A DNA stretch of 64,000 nt, from NCBI GenBank assembly GCA_000320545.1, contig ADNK01000566.1, forward strand, positions 57,659 through 121,658, written 5' to 3'. The stretch is from Bigelowiella natans CCMP2755. Lineage: Eukaryota > Protista > Cercozoa. Shown here piece after piece: positions 49,482-62,404 of this stretch; within the stretch, counting starts at the first letter, position 1, and every line of letters starts with the position of its first letter. A program made the position numbers and the translations under genes. Under the pieces are notes generated by a model. It saw only the letters and a list, made by a program, of their open reading frames with translations, made no database searches and had not been told where the DNA came from.

Positions 49482-50368
49482 ATGTTACGTACTAGCGTTA
49501 TTCTCGTTGGTCTACTGGTGGGTATGGCCTCTGCTGGAGTTCAAAGAACAAGGTCCTTTGGGCAGTTAACCTTCCCGAAACATAATATGTTTGCACATCC
49601 TAAATAAAGTATGAGCAATCGCCAAGCGCCTACTCTTAAAGAAACTTTGAATGTATGAAACATCGTTTACATGCTCTCTCCGAAATACTATTCTTTTTAC
49701 CAATAATGCAAGAGTTTCAAGTGGACTGCATCGCACCCAGAATCATCGTGCGGTAAACTGTAGAGCAGGCACCGGTTGCACTGGGATTCGCCAGCGAACT
49801 TCCGTTCTTCCGCATAAGAATGCTCTTGCAACCGTCCCGACGACAACCGAGAGAAGAATCACTTCCGGAAAATCTCGCTTTGAAAAGCTCGTTCCAAGGG
49901 CGATTGAAATTGACTGGACTGACCCAGACATCCAGCTTGCATTCGCAGGTGAACATCCTACTAATATTTCTAAAATTCGATCACTATGGTAGTATTCTCC
50001 AACCAATCATTGTAATGTTCAAGGAGCATTTTTGGGGCTTGCTGGAGGAATAGGCTTTCCAATCTTCTACAAGCTCAGGGTCTGAGTAGCAGTCGCTTGT
50101 CGTTTGCCCCTACCGTTATTTTTCCTAAAAACGAATGAACTTCTTCGTGTCAGGACGATGCTGATCAGGACCGTTTAAAAGACATTCGCGAAATGAATCG
50201 ACAGCAGTTTGAAGAGACTGGAGAGTAAGAATTTTTTAACAGTGAATGTGTCTTCCATCGTGGTGTAATTAATTGCCAATAATTGTTAGGTACATGTCAG
50301 AAGAAGAGATTGCATCTCTTCGACCAAAGAGATACTTAGATGACAAGGAGTTTGTTGATGATGACTAG
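49482..50368 (+). CDS. Small single-TM protein with bipartite (signal+transit) leader, probably plastid/thylakoid
   Basis: MLRTSVILVGLLVGMASAG signal; R/S/T-rich transit; mature IDWTDPDIQLAFAG|AFLGLAGGIGFPIFYKLR|DDADQDRLKDIREMNRQQFEETGE|YMSEEEIASLRPKRYLDDKEFVDDD*. Confidence 0.75.
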
Positions 50369-51104
50369 ATGATGAACAGATAACCTAAGTCAGAAGCGTA
50401 AACTCAATAATGTTACATTGCGAAAACGTTGTCTTCGGCATTTAGTAAATAACAGCTACACATGCTGCAACAAAGCCAAATAGCACTACTATACATGTAA
50501 AGTGCACCAAAGCATTATGAGAATAGATACTTTTCCCGCAGTATAGAGTATGCCACAGCAGCAACATGCATGCATGTGTATGTGTTCATGTGACAAGCTA
50601 TAATAGCACGATCTGCGAACGTTTGTATACGATATTAGGCTGTAGTGTGACTTATATTATTGACTAATTCTCAATGTAGTCTTTATATGCAGCTAGATTT
50701 ACTCTGTATAATATACCGGGCTGAGAGTAGCTGCCGCAGGCCGTAGAACACAGATGCATGACTCATCGGCGCCTGGACCACCATTTATTGCTATGTAATT
50801 AACTTGATCCCTACGCATAGTAACGACTGGCTATGCTACGGCTATTAAATTACAGCACTACTACTACATGGTTGCACAGCTACAGTATGTGTAGCTAATT
50901 AATTTACCGATTGGAGTCCATATGTATATATACTCATAGACATGTATTATTGTTTAGCAAATGCCACATGCATGCGTCGCAGCCATTTATGACAGAGGGT
51001 GATGATCATCTGCCGATCGAAGCTGCTCTCGCTAATATAATAGAATATCTGATATACATGGTGTCTGATTTCATGTCTTGCTCTGTTAGCTCAGAATGCA
51101 CTTA

Positions 51105-53720
51105 TTATTTGCCTTGTTCAGCATTTTCCGACCCCAAGTCCGAGAACATCCCGGCTAGTTCCGGAATCCGCTTTTGCGCTTGGATTATTATGTCGGCATT
51201 GAAGTCTTTCTCGCCAACGGTTTCTCTCAACACTGCCAGAACGCCCACGGCAAGCTTTCGTATCCTTTCGTTCTCTGACCTACTTTTTGCGACCTCCGGC
51301 CGCTCTGTATCGTCGCCAGCCTTCCGCTCCTTTGGCGGACGGTGTCTGATGCACACCCGAGCTGTCAGTTCAAATATTTTTATTTGGTGTGCTTTTGCCC
51401 GCGCAGGAATAGCGCGGATCAGAGCTGTGAGGGATTCCATGGCGTTTTCCACTACTCGGTTGGTCGAAGACATCGCTAAGCGGCTGATGGAGGGGAACAG
51501 CTGCCTCATGAATCTCGCGTTGTGGTAGGAGAGAGAGGATATCAAGCTAGAATCAAGAGGGGCACACACAACATTCAACGTCTTATTCAGCCATGGGAAG
51601 GAAACGAGGAATGGCATATCATCGGAAATTAAACGAAGCAACGAATTTGCAGTGTGTCCTATGAGGATAACTCTATCTATATCGCGCTCATCAGACGCAG
51701 TATCGCTCATGCAGCGGGAAAATCCAAAAAACTTGTAAAGAGGTCTCACGCCTTCCCCTCCTCCTTAGATGTTACAAGTATGCAGTACGTTGGAAGCTGT
51801 GCGGTGAAGTTCTTCACTCGTTGCAACGGCTCATCGGCCACCGAGAACGACATCCACTCAATCTGTTTCACTACACGATTGACACCATATATCAGTAGAG
51901 AGCAAGAGGGGGTGAGTAGGCAGTAAGGGAGGAATTTGTGAGGATACCTAGAGACTTCAGCACCTCCATCGCCACACGCCTTTGGAAGAACAACAAAACA
52001 AGTGCGGATTTTTGAGCTGTCATCTGATTCAGTTCTTACTTATTTCAGGACGAATACGTGCACATTGTAAACACAATATCATCAACGGTCGCAGCACAAC
52101 CTCGTTTGCATATCCTGAGGATCTAACCGAGGGAGAATCGCCACGATGCACGGGAATAATGCCTTTTCAATCACATGCTGTGGGGAGAATCAAAAAGCAA
52201 AGAGAGCAGGTTAGCAGACGTCGTTTGGGGTGGGAGGGGATCGTCGTCAGTCAGCAGGTTGAAAGCTACCTCATGGAATGCCATTGACCGGCTAATCCTG
52301 TCCAAGATGATGGGTCCGTGAAACCTATAGGGAGGAGGGGGAGGAGGAGGAGGAGGAGGAGGAGGAGAATCATCGGGACTTCCTTCAGCTTTACATCCCC
52401 AGCAGCCCAAGAAAGGCATGCATCGACGACCTAAAATACAACATACCTTATTTCCGTTAGCAGCAGTTCTGGGATCGAGTGAGCAAGGACTTGCAACCCA
52501 AGTGCCTGACACACGGAACAAGAAGAAGAAGAAGAAGAAGAAGAAGAAGAGAGTGGGGGAAAGGATTGTAAATCGAACCGAAAAAGGTGTGTGTGCGGCA
52601 TGCATGCACAACTGAGATTACGAGGAGGAGAGGGGGCAAATAGGCAATCAATGTGCAGAAGAGCTTTGCGCTGCTGTAATGGTACCTTAGTCGGAAGGTG
52701 CGTTTGATCTATGAGCCTTAACGTATCAGGCAAGACAAAATCTCCAAAAATATTGGAAAGCTCCGGGTGCTGCACCCTGAGAGCAATCGAGTACAGAATA
52801 TTGTAAGTGAACATTTCCACTGAAAATGTACAGAAAGCTTCGTTGCAGCACATTAGTCATCGGTAAGTGCTATCTGTTATGTGATATTTCAGAAAATCTA
52901 TCATATTTTTTGGAAGGAGATTGTGGGGTGTCTTGAAGGATTGGTTTGCACAATGCTGCTGCTGCTGCTGCTGCTGCTGTCGCTACCTGGAAACAACAGC
53001 CCGAAACAAAGGGCCAAAGAGAATCAAATCTTCTTTCTCTCTCCTTTTCATGCGCAGGACTTGGCGCAGAATCGGTTTTGCTAGCTCAGCAAACATGCTC
53101 TTGACTTTGACGCTGCTGCTCGGGGTCTCGATCTGGGAGATCTTTGCCAGTTTCCGCAAGACGAACACTGATTTCTCTCGACGAGAGTCCTTTCGAGTGC
53201 CATCAGAGCGCATCCACACTGCCGATGTGGTTAGGAAAAACGCGCATGAGACGACGCTTCGCGGGATGTTCAGGTCGGCGCGAGTCTTTTGCAGGAGCTC
53301 TGTGATAATTCGGGAGGTAAGGCGTTTTTTCTCTAGAGGCTCTTTGGCGCACTTCTGCGACAAGATCATTATGATTCCCTCAAGGATGCTGGACCATATG
53401 GCTAGGAGAGATGAGGACAGCTCCTGGAAATCTACGGCTTTTGCCCTGAGTGCCTGTGCCTTGGAAGGCTGGTACCTACAAAAGGAGTCGCAAAGAGGGG
53501 GGTAGAGGAGTTTACAGAAGAAATGGATCGCATTTCGTGAAATGATTCTATGCCGTCTCATAATGGTAGGAAGAAGAAGAAGAAGATGATGATGATGATG
53601 ATGACGATGATGATACTGATTTTTAGACTTACGCAAGCATGTCTTCGAGCGTAGCGAACCATTTCGGTATGTCAAGTAGGCTAAGAGCTATACTTGTGGA
53701 AGCACTCACCTGTGTGCGAT

Positions 53721-53754
<34 letters not shown>

Positions 53755-55480
53755 CATTTAATGCACGGACAATTAATTGAACTGCTAATACGATGTATTA
53801 TTGTTGATGCACGGACGACTGAACTGCTAGTACGTATGTTCATGCTGCCAGTGGTGTTTGTGCACCAATTCAGGAAGCTTCGGAATGTGTCCCTTCGCCG
53901 CCCCTTGCTTCGCCTTCTTAAATGCCTCGAATGTTCTTTCACCAGGTGCCATCTTGCACAGTTTTTCTATCGCATGGAGTTCGGCAGCAACATTGCTGAG
54001 CTCGAATTCGGGCGGCCCCTCGCCGCACGCATCTGCCGCTCCGGCCTGAAAAATTGCGTGTGTCAGAAACGGAGAGGATTCCAATGCTCTGACGGTGGAT
54101 GTCTCCATCGAGACCTGCTTCGTCTCCTGAGCGCTCATTTCGAAGCGGGCGAGAAGAGCTTGAGAGGTTCAGGAGGAGGCCACGGAGAGGACGTCCAACA
54201 TCGTGTAACGTGAAGTTCGGCGGCTGCTGCACTGCAGAGGGTAAAAAGAGAGGGGGAGAGGGGGGGGGGGGGGGGAAGATTCTTGGCAGAACCTGCGACT
54301 GCTCCTCCTCCACCGCCTCCTGAATGCAAACTGCTCTCACTTCTAATCTTCCCTTCTTACTCAGTCGCAGCCCGATATTGATCAACCAACTTATAAATTG
54401 TCAAGAATTTAAAAGAAAAATCCATTATTATCTTGTCGCTCTTTAAAATCGACACCCATTTCACCCGCTAATTCGAAGTGACAGGCACGCCTCACTAAGA
54501 CATTCTGAAATACTGCTTTGCACGTGGGGCGGGGGGGCAAACGAGGCGGCGGCGGCGGGGAACGGATAACCGGACGAGAGCAATACGAGCTGGAAGCCCA
54601 TTCAATCAGGGCCTGGCAGATATTCGCGAAGAACAGGACCAGCCACAAGATTGACAGCAAGAACATATAACTTCTTCCGAGATGAGAGCAACTTGCACCC
54701 CTCATTCTTCACCCCTCAGCTCTGCCATTACGCTTTTGATGCTTCCCTTATTTTTCATCGATACACATTCGTATCGCCATGGCGACCTCGTCACTGTGCT
54801 GAAAAGGAGCCAGTACCAAGGGGTACGTGACGACATGTATCGCATCATCATCATCATCATCATTTGGTGAGTGGCATGTGGATGATGACATCATTGCTGC
54901 TGCTTTGGTCAACAGATGAAGACCGCATGGAGTGAAATGAATGGAAACCTGGCGCCACACTTTGCAGTTGATAGAGCGATACGAATAGATCCTATGTTTG
55001 AGATTCAGAAGCAGACAGCAAGCCAGGTGTTAATGACAGAAGAAACCCCGACGTTAGCCACCTCCTGCTTGACCGTCATTATGTTTCAATTTAGTATAAG
55101 ACTCACGACGCATTTAAAATCTCCTTCTCCTTCATCAACGAGCGCTTCATAACTCCATGGCTCACAGGTTCGAAATGATGTGTTCTGCCTGACCATTGCT
55201 CATTCGTTTCCTCTTCTCAGTGACGGACGGGAGGGGGCACTACCTGCACAATATATACTTTACGTTTGTGTACGCTGGTCACCACCTTAAGTCTGTGCGA
55301 GTGGATAGCGATTGTAAGTAAGAACATACGACTAACAGTCTACCGTTGGCAGGCATGCAGTGATGACCAAGCATGCGTTGTTCTTTGATATTGTCCAGAT
55401 CATCCCGATGAATCGCTGAAAGTCCCTCCCGACCACGTGAATTTGATATATCGTTGGGAAAGTACTCAACACATTGTCTA
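51105..55480 (-). CDS. HEAT/ARM-repeat protein, TTI2 (TELO2-interacting protein 2)-like, multi-exon
   Basis: All-helical Leu-rich exons. LRVQHPELS...VLPDTLRLID and FMRQLFPSI...AMESLTALIRAIPARAKAH recall the TTI2 C-terminal core. 5' end uncertain. Confidence 0.5.
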
Positions 55481-56678
55481 ACAAAGCTATTCGAATTTTA
55501 GATTTTCATCAATCTCATTCTTATCGTGCAAGATTCAATTATTGAGACATTTAAATGTTGGTTGCTGCTCAGCTGATGTGGAAGTTGACACCCACACCGG
55601 ATTCACCACCCTCACTGCGCTGACGTGCCTGGTTCGAAATATCCAATGATTAATGCGAAACAGTTTATCATGAGTTAAACATTCTGTTTGTGTACATCCA
55701 TAAAGGGTACCTTGACAGCGCTTGGCCTTGTCGTGAAGACCTCGTTAGTGCATGATGTAAACCAAAATGCAAGGAGAACCCCGAAGAAATCGTCGCGTAG
55801 GCCTTACTAGGATTCTATCTATGGAAACTGCTACAAATGACACTAGCTGAAATCACCATCATCATCACCATCATCGCCATGACCTTTACATTCGGAAATG
55901 CTACTTCTAGTGGTGGCCAGGGCCTGCTAGCCTGCCCACGAAGTCATTGTTGTCGTCGTGACATGTGCGCCGCCTCCCCAGATGAGAATGGAAAATTTGC
56001 GAAATCTAAGCGTCAACTTCCATTTTTTGGTATATACCCACCGAACGTCGAAGGCCAGCCAAATTCCTTGATTGACAACACGTTGATGACGTCAAAATGC
56101 TGAGTGCTCGCCCGAATAATAGAATAATGTCCATCATGTGCCGTCTGGACGTTGAACATCGATGCTGTGAGTGTTGGACAAATAACGTCACAGCAGCACC
56201 GCATCTAGACCGATCCAGCGATCATGCATGTCTAGATGTGTGGATAACATCGTGCTGTGGGCACAATGCTAGAATGGTACACATTGCACACTTAGACACG
56301 TCTGGAGGTTGAATAATAAGTGCGTGTGTCGTGGTGCATTGGCACTTCTAGACATGTGTTATGGCATTGTACGTGCATCGCATGTGAACTGAAAAGATAG
56401 CAACAGGCTCGTGCAGCAGCCCTATACATTTCATTTCCCTACTATTCACGGTAGCTAAAATTGCAAAAATGCGCCACATGAAAATTTGCCTACGCATGCA
56501 CATGCATGTGTCAATCTAATGAGCGCACTGACATCACAATTGAATCAACAGTTGATGCTTCGCATGATGATGCGGTTACGTACCATTCTAAATCAATACA
56601 TTAGATGCGGTTATATTTCCTTTTTAACAAATAATACATAACTATAGTTTTAATGTTCAACACCGTATCCCCACAGGC

Positions 56679-56843
56679 TTACGAGTCCTGAAGCAATGCC
56701 TTTCTGGGTTCCGAGCCCATCTTCTTCAGTTCGCCTGCGCATTTTTGGAGCTCCGCTATCTTGTCTGCTGTTTCCTTCTCTTCCTCGTCCTGTCGCAGCA
56801 CATAATAGGTGCCAGAACAGTCGTCATCAACAAATGTACAGTT

Positions 56844-56878
<35 letters not shown>

Positions 56879-59800
56879 GCACACGCACACGCACACGCAC
56901 AAATTACTATGTGTTTGGGCTGCCACTATCAATCATGCATGCTATAGCCCTCACCACCTGCTGTTGTTGTTGGCTCTTGACTTTCGCGTCGTCCCCCCCA
57001 CTATCCTTGTTATCCTCCTCAACAGTGGTAGCACCCTCCTCCCCCTCCCCAGAGACGGCAGCAACGACGAGATTCGCCTGAGCCTCTGGAATCCCCATAT
57101 CGTCAATTAAGTCTTCCACGGTAAGATCTGGCATGTCCTCGTCGTCCATCCCTTCTTCCAGCAGCTTCGATATGGTGTCCCTGCTGATACCGAATTTTTT
57201 GGCAGCGGACCGCAGATTCTCGAGTTTGCCTTCCTCCCCCAGCCCATCGTCGTAGCTGTCGCCTTGATCGTTGCCCTCGCCACCCGCACCGTTCTTCTTG
57301 GCCTTCTTTTCCTTCGCGCCCTCCTTCTTCTTGTCGCGGGAGGAGGCCAACGCAGCAATGACAGCGTCGTCGGCCAACAGCTCCTGAGCTCTCTGCATGG
57401 CCCTCTTTCCATCCGGCCTAAGCTTGGTCTCGAGGATGACGGTGATCTGGGGGATTAGCTTTGAGGGGGTGTGCAGCATGCCCGATGACATCTGCGAGTG
57501 GAGGATAAGCACGGCGTACCTGCACATCATCCCCAACCACACACAAGGAGGAAACTATCAGTAAGAACGGAATGAATTAAAGTGAAGGGGGGTAGATAGA
57601 TTGATTGATGGAGAGAAGGAGGGGGGGGGGAGGGGAGAGGAAGGGGCTGAGTAGAGTAATATCGCCTCTATCCCCACGGTCAACGAAAAGAAGCGTTGAT
57701 TCTTAAATGATGTTTCATATTCATTTCTCGCCGTTTGCGTTTTTCGCTTTCATCGTTTTTCTTCTTCTTCTTTATCATCATCATCTTCTTCTTCTTCCCC
57801 TTCTATTAGCTTTGATACTCTATGCATTACTGGAAAATAAGGCGCGGGTCCTCCTCAGCGCCAATCTTGGTTATCATCTCACGGCGGATGTTGAAAATGA
57901 GGTTGCGTAGCTTCTTGTTGTCGACCTTCTTTAGTCTCAGGGAGCACACGGATGTGGCTAGATTGAGCGCGTTCAGGAACTGCTCGGAGTCTTGGGCAGC
58001 TCCCTTGATCGCCAGATTCAGCTGTTTCAGTCCCGTGTGGACGTCACGCCGCCTCTCAGCGAGCTGCTCCAGTATCCACGCTCGCTGTTGAGGGGTCCTC
58101 GTCGCGGCAAAGCTGCTACTGCTACTGCTGCTACTGCTGCTGCTGCTGCTAATGTTCTCCGGCAAGCTGAGGTTGAGGTAGAGCAGCTCGTTGTTCAGCA
58201 AGATGTCGAGCGCTTTGATTCCCAGGGTTTTGAGAAGGTAGGTCGTTAGCGTGTTGGCAAGTCCCTGGTCAGCCGGAAGGTTGGCCACGTTCTTCCCCCG
58301 GAGGCCCTGGATGGAGTTGTGGTACATGGTGATGTGATCGTAGAGCTCCTGGAGAGCGGTGGCTACTTGTTCGTGCACGCCTCTGTGCTTCGACTCCGCG
58401 CTATGGCGCAGGTTCTCGACCTCAGCTCTCAGCATACCGTTCACTTTGCCGCGAATGGCCGTGGCTACGTCGATGAGGAAATCGGTGTCAAGCTGCCCCT
58501 CCCAGGAAGCTCTCAGGGTCTCGATTATCACATTGGTCGGCATTGCCACCATCATCTGCTGCTGCTTGCTGGAACGGTTGCTCGGACCGCCTCCTCGCCG
58601 GCCTCCCTTTCGTTTGCCACCGCCTGCCTTCCTGGAGGACCTGGTGTTGGCTGAGGAGGAGGAGGAGGAAACCTGCAGGGCCTCCAGCTCATTTTGTTGC
58701 TGTTGCTCTGCTTCTCCTCCTCGCTTGCCCTTTCCTCCCTTCTTTCCTCCCTTTTTGCTCTTCCTCATCATCTTCTTCTCTTTGCGCATCAGCCCACGTT
58801 CCCCTCTCCCGCCCCCCTTCCTTCCACTACCCTTGTTGCCACCGCTACCACTTCCACCACTTGCTGTCTCCCTGTGGTCGTTGCTGGTATCCATAGCGGC
58901 GGCGGCCGCTGCGTTTTCTGCAGCCTCCTGCTGCTTCTGCTGCTGCATGGCGGCTATGTGCAGCTCTTTGGCCCTCTCTTGCACAGACTTCTTCATCTTT
59001 ACAACTAACGTGTCGAGATAGCTTTCGGACATGACGTACGTGTCTCTCACCACGCGGAGGTCGGGCGCCTTGGAGCTCACGACAACTTTCTCCACGCATT
59101 TCGTAATCAGGGTGGACAACTCATCGGGAGAGAAGGGCGGCAAGTGGAGCTGGGCTTCGATGTTGATGTACGATTTTTTCTCCTGGCACTGGCGTAGAGC
59201 TGACGTGATCTGCGACACGCAAGCCTCCCCCACATAACAACTGGGCAGCATGATTCCTTGTTGATTTTGGGGCAATTTCTCGGCGAGATACCGCTTCGGA
59301 TTGGATATTTGCAGCTTACGTAGCCGGTCAAAGGTAATGTAGCCCTCCTTCTCCCACATGGACTGGACCTAGCGAATAATGGAATGTATACAGGAGGAGG
59401 AGGAAGATGAGTAATATGAGGCACGGCGGCGGCGGCGGCAGCGGTTGTGAAAGGACATTCCTCCTCCCACCAATCGCCAGAAGAAAGAAGAAGAACAAAC
59501 CATTGATATATCTATGGATTCCATCGACTGCTACCGCTGGCATTAGTAGTTGCTACCTGTGATTGTTGATGTTCCCGATATATGAAAGGGGTATAAATGG
59601 GGCGACTCTGCCCACCAGAGAGCGTACCGGGAAGAAGCGGGCTCTCCTCTCCCTTCCCATTGCCCTTGATCATCCTTTTCGTCTCTATTAATACCATTTT
59701 CTCGTCGAGGTTGAACCTCTCCGAAATGCTCTTCAGCGAGGTAGGCATTGTTGCGGCATGCAATGCCCCCCGGATTTGGACGCGTAGACGGTGAACAAAT

Positions 59801-60772
59801 GCGTTGGTGAAAAGGTGCGTCTGCTGGAGTCTCCCCTTGATCGTGGTGTCAAGGTTACTTGAAATTTGCTCTGTCAAGAAAGCGAGAGGGAGGTCGAATT
59901 CCTGGGCCAGATGCGTCAGATCCAATCTACGGCAATTTAACAATTTAAGGATGTAAGTAGTTTGTATCCAAATGATTTCGATGAGGCGGAAAAGGGGGGG
60001 TAGGAATGGGTTGGCATTTTCGCCGTGCAGAAATACACACTAAACAAACCTTCCTAGAGTTTGTAGCTTCTCGTTAATCTCCTCCGCCATCGCGTTTAAA
60101 TAGCGAGTGGTGATAACTTCGCTTCCAAGAAGCATCTTGTGCTTATCGCCCTTCACAATGGCTTTGACAGCTGCCTGGACATGCTCCGTACCGACGTCAC
60201 AGTTCTTCTGGATATTTAGCATGCTTGTTCGACCTGATATAGGAAGTCCAGGGGAAAGAACGCGCCAGCAAGTAGGAATATCAGTGTGAAGCATTGATTT
60301 GCCCGGCAGCATCTCGAATAAACCACCGAGATATTCACACGCACCTCCATCGCGCTCAATAACTTCGTTGATCTCCTTGTTAAGTTGCTCGTGTGTGAGA
60401 TACTCACGGCCAGTGGTGGTGTGGAGGAGCTAGGGGAGCAAAGAAACCACCGCACAGAATAAGCCTAGAGAATGCGACGAGGACAAATAATCACGGATAC
60501 TTCTACGCACCTTAATGTCACCCTGGCTGATGATCTTTGAGATCAGATCAACGCAATTTCGATGTGACAGGCGGTTTGAGACGTCTTTCATCTGTGCAGC
60601 AAGCAGCTGCTTCTGCAATTGAGCCTTGAGGTAAGAAAGGGGAAATGGGTATTACTATTCGGAAGTTTCTGCTTGCGCTTAGAACCATACAGCATGCATC
60701 GCAGACCCACTTCTCGTTCACCACAAGCATTCAATAGGTTTTCGACATGAATCTTACTATCTCATCGTCCAT
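56679..60772 (-). CDS. UFL1: E3 UFM1-protein ligase 1, multi-exon
   Basis: MDDEI|AQLQKQLLAAQMKDVSNRLSHRNCVDLISKII, LLHTTTGREYLTHEQLNKEI, YLNAMAEEINEKLQTLG, LAQEFDLP, QIRGALHAATMPT, YTPFIY, GYITFDRLRKLQISNP, plus a K/G-rich loop. Confidence 0.96.
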
Positions 60773-61316
60773 GATTTCCCGACGTGGTTCCGGTGGACCG
60801 GTGAAGGGGGGGGTATTGGCCAACACTTGGATATAGGAATGTAGTGCGATTCTTCCGCTTGCGACCTTTAAATTGTTGACGCTACATAAAAATCACGCTT
60901 TTATCTTTGTCGTAAGCACTGAAACGCTGCTCTGTGTTATCCTGGAAAACTCCCGACATTTTGTTGCGGACAGACAGACCTGTTCCAGCACTCTCCTCGT
61001 TCTAGATTAAAATTAATGCAACAGGAACCTAAAATAATTTGAACATGTATAGATCTGGAGAGGGGAAAATCCCGGTGGTTTCTCTCATGAAAAGAGATTC
61101 ATAAGTCTTTAATATCGAGCATATATCGTAAATATTAGGTCCATTCTATCGCAAAACAGCTGCGAAGCCACGCCGTAAGCTACGCCAAAAACAGAAGGTC
61201 CGCCTCCCCCACATCCGCAAAATTGTCTAGCTGGTGCCTGCCACCGCTGCCGTTAGCTGCTGTTTTTAAAAGTCCGCTGGGCTTCAATAGAATTTTCATT
61301 TTCGATTTGAGAGGTC

Positions 61317-62404
61317 ATGCTAATGATGTTGGCGCATTCATTCGTTAACGGTGAAAAAAGTAAGCTTTCGTCGGTTTTGCTACTGGCCAATGTGCGGAGC
61401 TCTCCTGCACAATGACGAAACTCGATAGAGACAGAAACCTATCTTTATTGATAATACATAGATAGGAAACGATGTATCAATAAATGTATCGAAACATCTC
61501 CAACGTGTGTTTGCATATTCTCATCCCGCAGGCCAGAAAATGAGCGTTTCAACACCGCAAGCGATCCTTCGGGACGACATGTTGATGTTAACACCCTTAA
61601 CTGGGAGCAGCTAAACCAAGTTCACCAGTCTCTGCAAGCAGATATCCAGAACATCACAACTAGCTACGGTTCGCTCAGGCTGGCAGTCGGCCGTTTCAAA
61701 ACCTCTCAGGAATGCCTCAAAGACATATCAAACGACAACAAAGGTTGGTTCTATTGTATGTTATAATGTCCTCCCCTAATTCTCCTCCTTCCTCATTTCT
61801 TCCCCTCCCCTCGTAAATTTCAACTGATCTGTTTCACCATATCACCGTAATTCGTCATTGATTCCCGCACTCTTCTCTTCTCTATCCAGATAAAGACATT
61901 TTAGTGCCTTTGACATCGTCGCTTTACATCCCTGGAAAGCTCAAGGACATCAATAAGGTAACGAAGAATTGTCAAGAAAGCGATATTGCGCCTTCCGGCC
62001 AAATTTCACGAAACTCGCTGTTTGTTGTCCAGGTGATCGTGGAAGTTGGGGACAAATTCTACGTTGAAAAAGATATCAAAGATGCGAAGGACTTCCTTGG
62101 CCGCAAAGTGGACGATCTCGAGAAACGAGTCAAGACCGTAGGAGGTACGCTGCTGCAAAAGAAACCCTATTGGCTACCTCCCCCACTTAATAAGTAGGAG
62201 AAGAAGTAACGTTTGCTGTTATTCTTCAGATGTGCTGAGCCGGAAGAATCAAGACATTCAAGTCGTCAATATGGTACTCAACGCTAATAATGGTTTTGAT
62301 GGAGAGAATTTGTACTTAAAGGAAAACTGGTCCTGTGCTGTTAGGTTCGACGAGCTAGAGCTCAGGAAGCACTGAAGGCCCAAGCAAAGGCTAACAAAGG
62401 CTAA
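61317..62404 (+). CDS. PFDN5: Prefoldin subunit 5 (alpha-type), multi-exon
   Basis: LNWEQLNQVHQSLQADIQNITTSYGSLRLAVGRF..SQECL, ILVPLTSSLYIPGKL, VIVEVGDKFYVEK..KDAKDFLGRK. First exon uncertain. Confidence 0.92.

Noticed and set aside
58319-59237. Several long plus-strand ORFs
   Set aside because: Antisense shadows of the GC-rich large UFL1 exon.
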